From assembly GCF_006345805.1 (NCBI RefSeq), contig NC_043002.1:107322001-107386000 (forward strand): a DNA stretch of 64,000 bases, in the 5' to 3' direction. Origin of the DNA: Octopus sinensis. Its lineage: Eukaryota. The notes beneath the pieces are model-generated. The model made no database searches. It was not told the origin of the DNA and saw nothing but the letters and a program-made list of their open reading frames with translations. This document shows positions 1 through 10,665 of the stretch, piece by piece (positions within the stretch are counted from its first letter, which is position 1; the number at the start of each line of letters is the position of its first letter). The position numbers were made by a program, and so were the translations under genes.

Positions 1-87
1 TGTGTATATGTGTGTGCACATTTGCTCACATGCCTAGCATGCATCAAAGATACATTATTGTTTATAAATGTATATGTGTTTCTATAC

Positions 88-612
88 ATATCATCATCAT
101 CGTTTAATGTCCATTTTCCATGCTGGCATGGTTTGGATAGTTTGACTGAGGACTGGTGAGCCAGGAAGCTTCACTAGGCTCCCATCTGATTTGACAAGGT
201 TTCTACAGCTGGATGCCCTTCCTAATGCCAACCACTCCAAGAGTGAAGTGGGTGCTTTTTATATACCACCAGCACGAGGGCCAATAAGGTGGCCCTAGTA
301 ACTATCATACTTGGATGGTGCTTTTTATGTGCCACCGACACAGGAGCCAGTCAGGCGGCACTGGCATCAACCACGCTTGGATGGTGTTTTTTACGTGCCA
401 CTGGCACAGGAGCCAGTCAGGCGACAGGCATGGACCACGTTTGGATGGTGCTTTTTACGTGCCACCGGCACAGGATCAGTCAGGTAGCACTGGTATCGAT
501 CATGCTTGGATGGTGCTATTTACGTGCCACCGGCACAGGACCAGTTAGGTTGCACTGGTATTGATTGCATTCAAATGGTGCCTTTTATGTGCCACTGGCA
601 CAGGAGCCACTC
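88..612 (-). mobile_element. (GAT)n-tailed interspersed repeat (non-LTR 3'-end type) with internal tandem repeat
   Basis: Starts catcatcatcgtttaatgtcc...ctggatgcccttcctaatgccaacc; homologous copies at 9121-9239 (+) and 61817-62050 (-). Confidence 0.65.
248..612. repeat. ~65-bp tandem repeat, about 5.5 copies
   Basis: ttggatggtgctttttatgtgccacc...acaggagccagtcag recurs at about 311, 377, 441, 506 and 571. Confidence 0.9.
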
Positions 613-624
613 TGAAAACTGGTA

Positions 625-1376
625 AATGTGTGTGTGTGCTTTTATTTGTGTTTATAGCTGTATATGTTTTTTGTGTATTTGTATGTGTGCATGTGTGAGT
701 GAGTCACGTGCCCATACTTGTAAATCGACTTGTATTCTCTGTGAAGAGATAGACATAAAAATAAGGTTTTGACTTAATGTCAGTCCATGTGTGGTGCAAT
801 ATATATTTATATATGGTTGTTTGTGTGTGTATGTATATATGGGTGGGTGTGTTTGTGTGTGTATGTATATATGGATGGGTGTATGTGTGTATGTATGTAT
901 GGATGGGTGTGTGTGTGTTTGTGTGTGTATGTATATATGGATGGGTGTATGTGTGTGTGTGTATTATATATGGATGGGTGTGTGTGTGTATGTATATGTC
1001 GATGGGTGTGTGTGTGTGTGTGTTTGTGTGTGTAGTGCAATATATATATGTGTGTTTATGTGTGTGGTGCAATATATATATGTGTGTGTTAGTGTGTGTA
1101 TGTACATATGGTTGGGTGTGTGTGTTTATGTGTGTGTGGTGCAATATATGTGTGTTTGTGGGTGTATGTATATATGGATAGGTGTGTGTGTTTGTGTATG
1201 TATGTATATATGGGTGTGTGTGTGTATGGGTGTATGTGTGTTTGTGTGTGTATGTATATATGGGTGCATATATATATGTGTGTGTGTGTGTATATATGTA
1301 TATATGTGTGTATGTGTGTGTATATATGTATATACGTGTGTGTATATACATACACACACGTGTGTGTTTAATGTCT
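625..1376. repeat. Compound (TG)/(TA) microsatellite with higher-order subunits
   Basis: Near-pure TG/TA with recurring gtatgtatatatggatgggtg and gtggtgcaatatat motifs. Confidence 0.95.
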
Positions 1377-1923
1377 ATTTCTGGCAATGAGGATTTTTTT
1401 CAAAATACAAAAGTAGAAATTCCCCCCCTACCACATTCAAAATTGACGGGTTTTTTTTTTTAATCTTTTCTGAATGAGTCAACATGTAACTTAAAATATT
1501 GTATTTAAATTTTGTAAACTTCTTTTACAATTCAATATCTACAAAAGACAAAATTGAAATTACTCATTTCCTTTCTATCATATTTTACTGGAAACTTTGA
1601 CAAGGCACAATTCTCACTGGCAACATGCACATTCACTTACTTAAACAGCCACCACCAACACAACCACCACCTCTACTACTACTACTACTACTACTGTAAT
1701 TGTAAGTAAAAATTATCTTTGTATTAAATGTGTTAATATGTTTACATATTTAATGTTAATATGTCAACATTAACCTAAGTGCTGTTTTTCAAACCAATGT
1801 CATATCGTTAATTATTTTCTATCAAAGTTATTAGAACCAGGTTGTTTATATTTGTTAACTAGAAGCTACTTTGGAACATCGTCCATGTTTTGCAGGGTTT
1901 TTCAGGTGATTATGGATTGAATT

Positions 1924-2160
1924 GTGGAAACTCATGGATTAGTGGTTAGGGTGTTGGACTTATGATTCTAAGATTGTCGTTTCGATTCCTGGACCAGGCA
2001 ACGCGTTGTGTTCTTGAGTCAAACACTCCATTTCATGTTGCTCCTGTCCACTCATCTGGTAAAAATGTATAATCCTGCGATGGACCTGCATCTCATCCAG
2101 GAAAGAATATATATATACCAGAGAAATAAGGGAACAGGCCCTACACTCCTTATGGAGTAA
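1924..2160 (+). mobile_element. tRNA-derived SINE, family D (tRNA-Arg-like head, CORE-like segment)
   Basis: A box tggattagtgg, B box gtttcgattcc, then gttcttgagtcaaacactccatttca; second copy at 31910-32170. Confidence 0.8.
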
Positions 2161-2176
2161 TGTGGACTAAAGTGGG

Positions 2177-2392
2177 GGCGGGGGGAGCTGGCAGAAATGT
2201 TAGCATGCCGGGCGAAACGCTTAGCAGTATTTTGCCTGTCTTTATGTTCTGAGTTCAAATTCTGTTGAGGTTGACTTTGTCTTTCATCCTTTCGGGGTCG
2301 ATAAATTAAGTTCCAGTTGCATACTGGGGTTGATCTAATTGACTGCCGCCCTCCCTCAAAATTTCGGGCCTTGTGTCTAGAGTAGAAAAGAA
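2177..2392 (+). mobile_element. SINE family A, monomer
   Basis: gagctggcagaaatgttagc...gagttcaaatt...ctttcatcctttcggggtcgataaattaag; many copies in the window. Confidence 0.9.
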
Positions 2393-2546
2393 TGGGCTAA
2401 CCATGGCTTGAATTACATTGTTGTTGTGTCTTAGATCTATTGTTCCAAATACAATAACATGCCCTCCACTGAGGAATCTACTACACACACCAACCTGTAC
2501 TGTTCAACTATATGTGGTGCAGTGTTATGATCTAAATAGGTTCTTT

Positions 2547-2682
2547 TCTCTTTACTGTTGCTATTGTTTAACCCCAAGTCACCCCTGATGAAGCAATCTG
2601 TGTTTAAGTACATTCCAGCCATAACCATCTCACCTTTTGGGGATATTTAGAACTACATTGTGTACTGTGTCTGTTCTTTTTT
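2547..2682 (-). mobile_element. Interspersed repeat family F, (CAA)n-tailed 3' fragment
   Basis: ttgtttaaccccaagtcacccctgat...cattccagccataacc; similar segments near 3003, 6617, 19365, 28945, 38983 and 59570. Confidence 0.6.
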
Positions 2683-2708
2683 TATGCTTGTTGGCTCTGA
2701 TTTAGCTC

Positions 2709-2975
2709 ATGGGCATATGGCATAGTGGTTAAGAGTGCGGGCTACTAACTCCAAGATTCCGAGTTCAATTCCAGGCAGTGACCTGAACAATAACAATCAT
2801 AATAATAATCATAATAATAATAATAATAATAATAATAATATTGAAAAATACCTTAGGAATGAGAACCCAGGTTCGAAATTTCCCCAAGACACCTGAAGAA
2901 GGCTGGAGGGTACATCAGCTGAAATGTCGTGTTAAACAAACAAGATGAGGACAAATATCCATCGAATGTAAATAA
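2709..2975 (+). mobile_element. tRNA-headed SINE family E carrying a hammerhead motif, full length
   Basis: A box TGGCATAGTGG 2718-2728, B box GAGTTCAATTCC 2761-2772, internal (AAT)n; 13-bp TSD tctgatttag(c/t)tc at 2696-2708 and 2976-2988; two more copies at 55284-55742. Confidence 0.85.
2888..2933 (+). ncRNA. Minimal type I hammerhead ribozyme motif
   Basis: Helix I GACAC/GUGUU, core CUGAAGA plus one extra A, helix II GGCUG/CAGCU, GAAA, U-GUC cleavage triplet. Confidence 0.75.
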
Positions 2976-3562
2976 TCTGATTTAGTTCCTCTGTCAATTT
3001 TTTGTTTAGTTCCAGGTCAGCCCTAATTAACCCAGATCTACATTCAAAGACATTCCCGTCATGACAACTCCACTTGTTTTTTCTGAGAAAAGTATATCAA
3101 GGACTACATTATTTGATGTGTCCTTTCTATTTTTAAAGCTAGATTTGTGTAACAGGAAGTAGATTTTCATCGCTTTGTTTTTGCGGGTTGAGTAACCATG
3201 TAGAGGCATCCTTGGTGTCTCAGTGGAGGTGGGTATGGTGGACTCACTCAGAATTTAACAATTATTTATTCATCGATAGACTGATGGACTGATCTACTAC
3301 ATGGAACACTGGATTAAAAATCTAGATTAAATACCTTATTATGAAGAGGTACACTGATATCTGTTGAGATTTTTGATAAACAAAATATTTATTGTAAAGT
3401 ATAGAAGCCATCTTATCATGGCTAACCACATTGGGGAGGGGGTGTTACTGTAGCTTTATAGCCCCAAGAGATCTTCGTCTCAAGCTGGCTTTAGACACAA
3501 TATCAGTGTCCTTGGAGTATTTGGAAACGGAGGCCATCCCTTCCTCGCAAGCCTGAGTGATA

Positions 3563-3605
3563 CGCTCAGACTAGTTTCGGGATTGTTGTCCCTCGTCAAC
3601 GGGCG
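3563..3605 (-). ncRNA. Minimal type I hammerhead ribozyme motif (U3 variant)
   Basis: Minus strand cgcccg-UUGACGA-GGGA caacaa UCCC-GAAA-CUAGUC-ugagcg; helix III palindrome ACUAGU, GUC site, helix I 5 of 6 paired. Confidence 0.65.
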
Positions 3606-3810
3606 GTAACCACCAGGTAGCGATGAAAGTGAAGGCTTCTTTGCAAATATATATAAGTTTTTCTAATGGCGTCTGCCACTGATGTCGAAAAACGAACAGT
3701 AAGCATAATTAAATCTCAGAATGAGATTGAAACAGTAATCGCTTGTTTTTGTAAACAAAGAAAGATGTTGTCACTACTATAAACAACAAAACACCGAGAG
3801 AGTTTAAATA

Positions 3811-3841
<31 letters not shown>

Positions 3842-4170
3842 GGTGTGATTGTAACAGCAGCCAAAGTATGGTTAGCTGATATTGCTGTTGTCATTCGTAC
3901 ATTGTTTAGCTGCTGTCGGCTTGGATCAGCAGCTGTCCGCCATCTGTTTGCCATCTCCTGGTCGTCTCTTCTCTGTTCCCTCTCAATGCTTTCTGTCAGC
4001 ATAGCTAAGGTGCACCAAATCTACTGTGATGGTTAGGTTCACAAAGAAGCACACCAAAGGATGTAATTGTTGCTGGATGCTGTTCCAAGTGAAGTCTTGA
4101 TTGGTCAGATTCTTTTCTATCACCTGGATAATATTCTAAGGAATTGTGACATCAGATATAGTGATCTGAT

Positions 4171-4396
4171 TACTCTTTACTCTTTTAGTTGTTTCAGTCA
4201 TTTGACTGGAGCCATGCTGGAGCACTGCCTTTAGTTGAGCAAATCGACCCGAGGACTTATTCTTTGTAAGCAAGCCTAGTACTTATTCTATCGGTCTCTT
4301 TTGTCGAACCGCTAAGTTACGGGGACGTAAACACACCAGCATCAGTTGTCAAGTGATATTGGGAGGGGACAAACACAGACACACATACGTATATAT

Positions 4397-4440
<44 letters not shown>

Positions 4441-4489
4441 TATGACAGGCTTCTTTCAGTTTCTGTCTACCAATCCACTCACAAGGCTT
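4171..4489 (-). mobile_element. SINE family B, 5'-truncated
   Basis: gtttcagtcatttgactggagccatgctggagcac...aaccgctaagttacgggg; head absent. Confidence 0.9.
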
Positions 4490-4715
4490 AATCGTGATAC
4501 CTCACTTGCTACTTAGGTGGAGGTTAGGCATAACAGTTACTTAAAGGGGTGGAGGCTAAAAAAAAATGGTTAAGAACCCTTGGTCTAGCTCATTGATTCA
4601 TATTTGTAAATCTGTGTTTGCATTCTGAATTCAAATCCCACTAGAATCAATTTTGTCTTTCATCCTTCTGGGGGTCACTGAAATATAGTACCAATCAAGT
4701 TCTGGAGCCAATGGA

Positions 4716-5001
4716 AAGTGGTTCCCAAATCCTTTCAGGCTGCCACCCCCTTGGCATCCAGATCACATCTCCACCCACCCCCAACTGACCACTACAAACA
4801 TAAACTCTTTCTGCAGCAAATTCAAAACAACTGTATTTCATAATTACAAGTTAACGTTATTAACCCATTATATTAGGTTTTTTTTTTACATTTATTGCCT
4901 CATTTTGGTCATCCCATTATCACCCCTCTTTTCTTCAATGTCTCCTGAGTCTTTCCACGGCCCCTCGGGGAGTGCAGTACCGTCTACATTGGGAACCACT
5001 G
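4716..5001. mobile_element. hAT (Charlie-type) MITE
   Basis: Termini (a)agtggttcccaa and ttgggaaccactg match the CAGTGGTTCCCAA TIR type; TSD not clean. Confidence 0.65.
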
Positions 5002-5052
5002 AACCAATCCACTCCCTTCAAAAATTGCAGATCTAATGTCAAATCAAAAACC

Positions 5053-5465
5053 ATTATTATTATTGTTATTGCCTTTGCACAGCTTCTAAAACTGGAGATG
5101 TACTATAGTGTCAGCTGTTCACTACCAGAGAACTAAGGTAACACCCCTTATTTTTCAAGCACTATCCAGAGTATTCAAGCGGTTCCAAGCAGTGCTGTTT
5201 TCTGCAAGTGCTCCACCCTTATTGCAGCCCCTATTTGTTCCATGTACTTCTCGAGATTTTTGCTCACTGTTCCCAGGGCTCCGACAATTATTGGTACTAC
5301 TGCTACCTTTTTCATCGACCACAACTGCTTAACTTCCCAAGCTACCCTGTCATATCTCTCAACTTTTCTTTCTTCCTTATCGCATACCTTGTTGTCAGCC
5401 GGGCATGCTATATTTGTGATCCAGCATAGTTTGTTTTCTTTCTCAATGAAGACTATGCCCGGCTT
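5053..5465 (-). mobile_element. R4/Dong-clade non-LTR retrotransposon 3' fragment (REL endonuclease end plus 3' UTR)
   Basis: KPGIVFIEKENKLCWITNIACPADNKVCDKEERKVERY...VVPIIVGALG...LQKTALLGTA; (TAA)n tail. Confidence 0.85.
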
Positions 5466-5560
5466 CTTCTTCTTCCTCTTGTCTTCTTCTTCTTCTTCTT
5501 GTCTTCTTCTTCTTGTCGTCGCCGCCGCTGCTCTTCTTCTTCTTCTCATTATTATTATTA

Positions 5561-5779
5561 TTAAAGCAGCAAGCTAGCAGAATCGTTAGCATGCCAGGCG
5601 AAATGCTTTGCAGCATTTCATCTGTCCTTACGTTCTGAGTTCAAATTCCGCTGAGATCAACTTTGCCTTTCATCCTTTTGGGGTCGATAAATCAAGTACC
5701 AGTGCACACTGGGGTCAATCTAAATCGGCTGACCCTCTTCCCCACCAAAATTTCAGGCCTCGTGCCTATAGTAGAAAGG

Positions 5780-5814
<35 letters not shown>

Positions 5815-6032
5815 GGTAGGGAATCGACAGAATTGTTAGCACGCTGGACAAAATGCTTAGAGGCATTTCGTCCGTCTTTACGTTTCAAGTTCAAATTCCT
5901 CCAAGGTTGATTTTGCCATTTTTTTTTTCGGGGGTCGATGAAATAAGTACCAGTTGTGCACTGGGTCGGTGTGATCGACTTTTCCCCACTCCCCATAAAT
6001 TTCAGACTTTGTACCTACAGTAGAAGGTATAA
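5561..6032 (+). mobile_element. Two consecutive SINE A monomers separated by (ATT)n
   Basis: Heads at about 5563 and 5813; the first ends agtagaaaggattattatt. Confidence 0.85.
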
Positions 6033-6852
6033 TTGTTAACAAGACAGATGTACTCTACATCAGGATAAATCTTTAATGCTTATATTACTGATGATGGTGG
6101 TGGTGGTGGTGGTGAGGAGGATGATGATGATGATAAAGAGGATAACAGTTATTTCAATGATGATTTTTTAGGTAAGGAATGAATAGGATATTTCATTTCA
6201 TTACATTATTGTTGTTCTCAATAATTATTTGTAATGACACGTTATTAGTTGAAGAGTGGGGTTTAATGAGCATCTGCAGTCCAACTTCCTGTGATACTCG
6301 ACTGGCTGGCCGTGCTCTATCGCCACAGTCAAACCTGTTTCATTACAGCTGCCTTCGTTATACTGTGTATTGTGTTCTCTATTGCATTAGCTCTGACATC
6401 TAATTATAATTACAGCCGCCATCAGTGAATATGCGAATCAAAGAGGAAACAGCGAGTGGAGGAGAGAAGGGAGAAGTTGAACTAATGTTATATTCAGTTA
6501 TCAGACAAACAGGCCGAAGCTTTCTATCCTAACAACATCAATTAAAGTGTGTCCTTGAGCAAGGTTTTTCTCACTGGTTCAGTCTCTTTAGCTGCAAGTA
6601 TACTTGAGATAGTTTGTTATTGTTGTTTAGTCCCAGGTCAGCATGACTGAATTTAAGAGCAAAGGCGTCTCACTTTTGGCTATTCCGTTTTTTTGTTAGA
6701 CATGGCATAGTGTATCTAGGACCACAGTATCCAATTATTGTGTCATTCCCCTTTCTAAGGCAGTTGGATGGGATTCGAGGGATATTTAGTTACTATTTCT
6801 ACCCAATTGATTGACCACATAGAGGATCTCTAAACTGTATACTCTCTCTCTC

Positions 6853-7257
6853 TCTTTTACTCTTTTACTTGTTTCAGTCATTTGACTGCGGCCATGCTGG
6901 AGCACCGCCTTTAGTCGAGCAAATCGACCCCAGGACTTATTCTTTGTAAGCCCAGTACTTATTCTATCGGTCTCTTTTGCCGAACCGCTAAGTGACGAGG
7001 ACGTAAACACACCAGCATCGGTTGTCAAGCAATGCTAGGGAGACAAACACAGACACACACACACACACACATATATATATACATATACATATATATACGA
7101 CAGGCTTCTTTCAGTTTCCGTCTACCAAATCCACTCACAAGGCATTGGTCGGCCCGGGGCTATAGCAGAAGACACTTGCCCAAGATGCCACGCAGTGGGA
7201 CTGAACCCGGAACCATGTGGTTGCTTAGCAAGCTACTTACCACACAGCCACTCCTGC
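6853..7257 (-). mobile_element. SINE family B, full length (tRNA head, CORE-like segment, internal TA/TG tract, CR1-like tail)
   Basis: Minus strand gcaggagtggctgtgtggt...gggttcagtccc...cttgggcaagtg...ggcggtgctccagcatggccgcagtcaaatgactgaaac. Confidence 0.92.
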
Positions 7258-7357
7258 ATATGTGCACGCAAACATCCTGCAATCAACGCGCTAGAGAAAC
7301 TAATGTCTACATAAAAGTTTGGTTGCTTAAACTCATGTAGCGATTAATAATTATACT

Positions 7358-7740
7358 TATTTCTTTACTACCCACAAAGGGCTAAACACAGAGGGGACAA
7401 ACAAGGACAGACAAATGGATGCGTAACTGGTACTTTATTTATCGACCCCGAAACGATGAAAGGCAAAGTCGACCTCGGCGGAATTTGAACTCAGAACGTA
7501 GCGGCAGACAAAATACCTATTTCTTTACTACCCACAAGGGGCTAAACACAGAGAGGACAAACAAGGACAGATAAACGAATTAAGTCGATTATATAGACCC
7601 CCGTGCATAACTGGTACTTTATTTATCGACCCCGAAACGATGAAAGGCAAAGTCGACCTCGGTGGAATTTGAACTCAGAACGTAACGGCAGACGAAAGTA
7701 TTTCGCCCGGCGTGCTAACGTTTCTGCCAGCTCGTCGCCT
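7358..7740 (-). mobile_element. SINE A array, 2 units
   Basis: Head at 7740, repeated internal unit; aattatactt duplicated on both flanks. Confidence 0.9.
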
Positions 7741-7944
7741 TTTATAACAATTATACTTGATTAATAATTATACTTGTAACATAATCAGTGTGCAGCACGT
7801 GCTTTTGTCGCCTCAATAAAATTGTGCAACATGCACTGACGGCTAAAAATTAGGCGGAGCAAATGGAGCCCACTGGTATATAGAGAAGCGCAGGCGTCGT
7901 GTATGCCTGTATTGTATGTCTGATGATAATGTATGGTTCGGTTA

Positions 7945-8527
7945 AGGCGGCGAGCTGGCAGAAACGTTAGCACGCCGGGCGAAATGCGTAGCCGTATTTC
8001 GTCTGCCGTTACGTTCTGAGATCAAATTCCGACGAGGTCGACTTTGCCTTTCATCCTTTCGGGGTCGATAAATTAAGTACCAGTTACGCACTGGGGTCGA
8101 TGTAATCGACTTAATCCGTTTATCTGTCCTTGTTTGTCCTCTCTGTTTTTAGCTCCTTGTGGATAGTAAAGAAATAGGTATTTCGTCTGCCGCTACGTTC
8201 TGAGTTCAGATTCTGCCGAGGTCGACTTTGCCTTTCATCCTTTCAGGGTCGATAAATTAAGTACCAGTTATGCACGGGGGTCTATATAATCGACTTAATT
8301 CGTTTATCTGTCCTTGTTTGTCCTCTCTGTTTTTAGCCCCTTGTGGGTAGTAAAGAAATAGGTATTTTGTCTGCCGCTACGTTCTGAGTTCAAATTCCGC
8401 CGAGGTCAACTTTGCCTTTCATTCTTTCGGGGTTGATTAAATAAGTACCAGTTACGCACTGGGGCCGATATAATCGACTTGCCCCCTTCCCCAAAATTTT
8501 GGGCCTTGTGCCTAGAGGAGGAAAGAA
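7945..8527 (+). mobile_element. SINE A array, 3 units
   Basis: Head ggcggcgagctggcag, two 184-bp units, then terminal tail ccccaaaattttgggccttgtgcc. Confidence 0.92.
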
Positions 8528-8749
8528 AGTACTGTTTGGTAGCAAGCTGTCTTCTATCTTAGTTCTAGTAAAAGTGAAAACAGAGACCTGTTCCAGTACT
8601 CGATTTTAAATTAGCTTCAGAATAATGGTATCGATCCTAATCGATTTGGTTACACTTAGTGATTGAAGAGTGAGTCCTGGTATGAACTTAGTTATTTAAA
8701 TCAACAGAAAGAAACAAGGAGAGAAAATAAAGAATCTGTAGTGGCTACG

Positions 8750-9120
8750 ATACACACACACACACACACCACACACACACACACATACACACACCACACA
8801 CCCAACACACACACACACATACACACAACACACCCACTACACACACACACATACACACCCACACTTACACACATACACACACACACACCATACACACACA
8901 CATATATATATAATACATATATACACATATATTATATATATACATATATACACATATATATATATATATAATACATATATACACATATATAAATATATAC
9001 ATATATACACATACATATATATAAGATACACATATATATACACACTCACACATATATATATATATATGTATATATACATGTATTTTTATACATATATATA
9101 TATATATTATAATATATATA
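8750..9120. repeat. (CA)n/(TA)n microsatellite
   Basis: Direct reading. Confidence 0.95.
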
Positions 9121-9239
9121 GCCGTAGAAACACTGCCAGATCTGACTGGGCCTGCGAAGCCTTCCAGCTCACATACCCCGTGACCCGGTCCAACCCATGC
9201 TAGCATGGAAAGCGGACGCTAAACGATGATGATGATGAT
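9121..9239 (+). mobile_element. (GAT)n-tailed repeat, 3' fragment
   Basis: ccaacccatgctagcatggaaagcggacgctaaacgatgatgatgat, reverse homolog of 88-200. Confidence 0.75.
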
Positions 9240-9453
9240 CTGCTTATCTTTTTGTTACCTATTTAATTAAGACTGCCAGCATAAACCATGGTTTCCCATT
9301 GTTATATCCATTTTCTTCTCTTATATATAATATATATACATACACACACATATATATATCCACACACACACACACACGCACGCACGTTCTCTGGATTTAC
9401 ACATTTCTATGCATTCCGATCAATGCAATGTGAGTGCGCTGAAACAACAACTA

Positions 9454-9502
<49 letters not shown>

Positions 9503-9557
9503 GAGATGTACTCGCATAGCAAGTAATTTGATCTGAGATCGTGTGCTGAAACGATTG

Positions 9558-9604
9558 TTGTCAGTGAACAGGTCGCGGATTTTAGCGACGAAATATTTTG
9601 ACAA
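9558..9604 (+). ncRNA. Hammerhead-like motif with G3-C8 core
   Basis: UUGUCA-GUGAACA-G-GUCGC ggauuuua GCGAC-GAAA-UAUUU-UGACAA. Confidence 0.6.
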
Positions 9605-9693
9605 TTAAACTTAATGTTGAAGTGAATCGACGGCTTTGTTTGTTTCTTAAATGGCTTATAAACACCTTCCACGCTGCAATTGTGTGTATATAT

Positions 9694-9743
<50 letters not shown>

Positions 9744-9795
9744 GAAAATAAGGCATGGTAGAAAATGCTAAAATAATTTTATCTTGAAGCACATT

Positions 9796-9833
9796 TTAGT
9801 ACCGGTTTCCGCCTTTTAGACTTTTTCAGCCAA
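9796..9833 (-). ncRNA. Degenerate hammerhead motif
   Basis: uugg-CUGAAAA-a-GUC uaaaa GGC-g-GAAA-CCGGUA-cuaa; helix III palindrome ACCGGU, G8 mutated. Confidence 0.45.
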
Positions 9834-9999
9834 GTGTAAAATAAGAAAAAATTTAAATTAGAGAAAAAAATTAAGTGAAATGTTTTGTAGATATTTTTAT
9901 AGTCCCTGTATAGGTAAATATTTCTATACTTTTCAGACAGGCGGTCTCTCTTTCTTTATATTGTGTGTGTGACTGAAACGCAAATAATATATATATATA

Positions 10000-10036
<37 letters not shown>

Positions 10037-10201
10037 TTTGAGTAAAAAGTAAGTAACGTTTTGGACCGTGAAGAATTTGTAACGGATTTTTGCAGAGTTT
10101 TGAATTTTTTGCCAATTGTCTGATGATACAGACATAGACTATCCCAAATGCATCAATAGATTAACATTGGTATTTTTTCACCGTTTTTACAATAATCTGA
10201 A

Positions 10202-10665
10202 ATGGAAATATCAAAGAGCGATATTCGAGCAATTTTGCTATTCAACTTCAAAAAAGGACGTAAAGCAGCTGTTATATCAACGAAACGTTTGGTGAGGAAA
10301 TGACGAGTGAGTGGTCAGCTCGAAAATGGTTTAAACGATTGCGCAGTGGAGACCTGAGCCTTGAAGATCGCGAGCGTAGTGGATGCCCATCTGTCGTCGA
10401 TGACGGTTAATTAAAGACCGTCATTGAGAAAGCTCCACGTAAAACCACTTGAGAACTGGTAAAAAGAACTTCAACTTAGCCAGAAAACTGCCTGCAACCA
10501 TTTGCATACGATCGGAAAATTAAAAAGGATTGACAAATGGGTACCACACGATTTGAATGAAAATCGGAAAATGCGCAGATGGGAAATTTGCTCGTCGCTT
10601 CTTCTCCGTAACCAGACCAATCCATTTCTCGACCATATTATAACTTGCGATGGAATGTGGATGCT
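10202..10665 (+). pseudogene. Degraded mariner transposase N-terminal half
   Basis: MEISKSDIRAILLFNFKKG...RKWFKRLRSGDLSLEDRERSG...KWVPHDL...FLDHIITCDG with stops and frameshifts. Confidence 0.88.

Noticed and set aside
141-175. CUGAGGA followed by a CUGG/CCAG hairpin
   Set aside because: Followed by GAAG with no helix III or I, and not conserved in the other copies of this repeat.
248-612. CRISPR-like appearance of the 65-bp repeats and of the 184-bp SINE arrays
   Set aside because: No unique spacers, no cas genes, eukaryotic context.
704-1390. Long ORFs rich in HT/IY/CV (also at 8.7, 51.2, 52-53, 59 and 61.3 kb)
   Set aside because: They are translations of TA/TG/CA/CTAT microsatellites, which lack stops in several frames.
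2711-2785. tRNA-like heads as true tRNA genes (also 1924, 23124, 25639, 31910, 39671)
   Set aside because: Acceptor and anticodon stems do not pair properly and each continues into a SINE body.
3709-4036. ORFs MLTESIEREQ... and MIVTAAKVWL... as host exons
   Set aside because: No recognisable domain, weak splice signals, and one end runs into (ATT)n.
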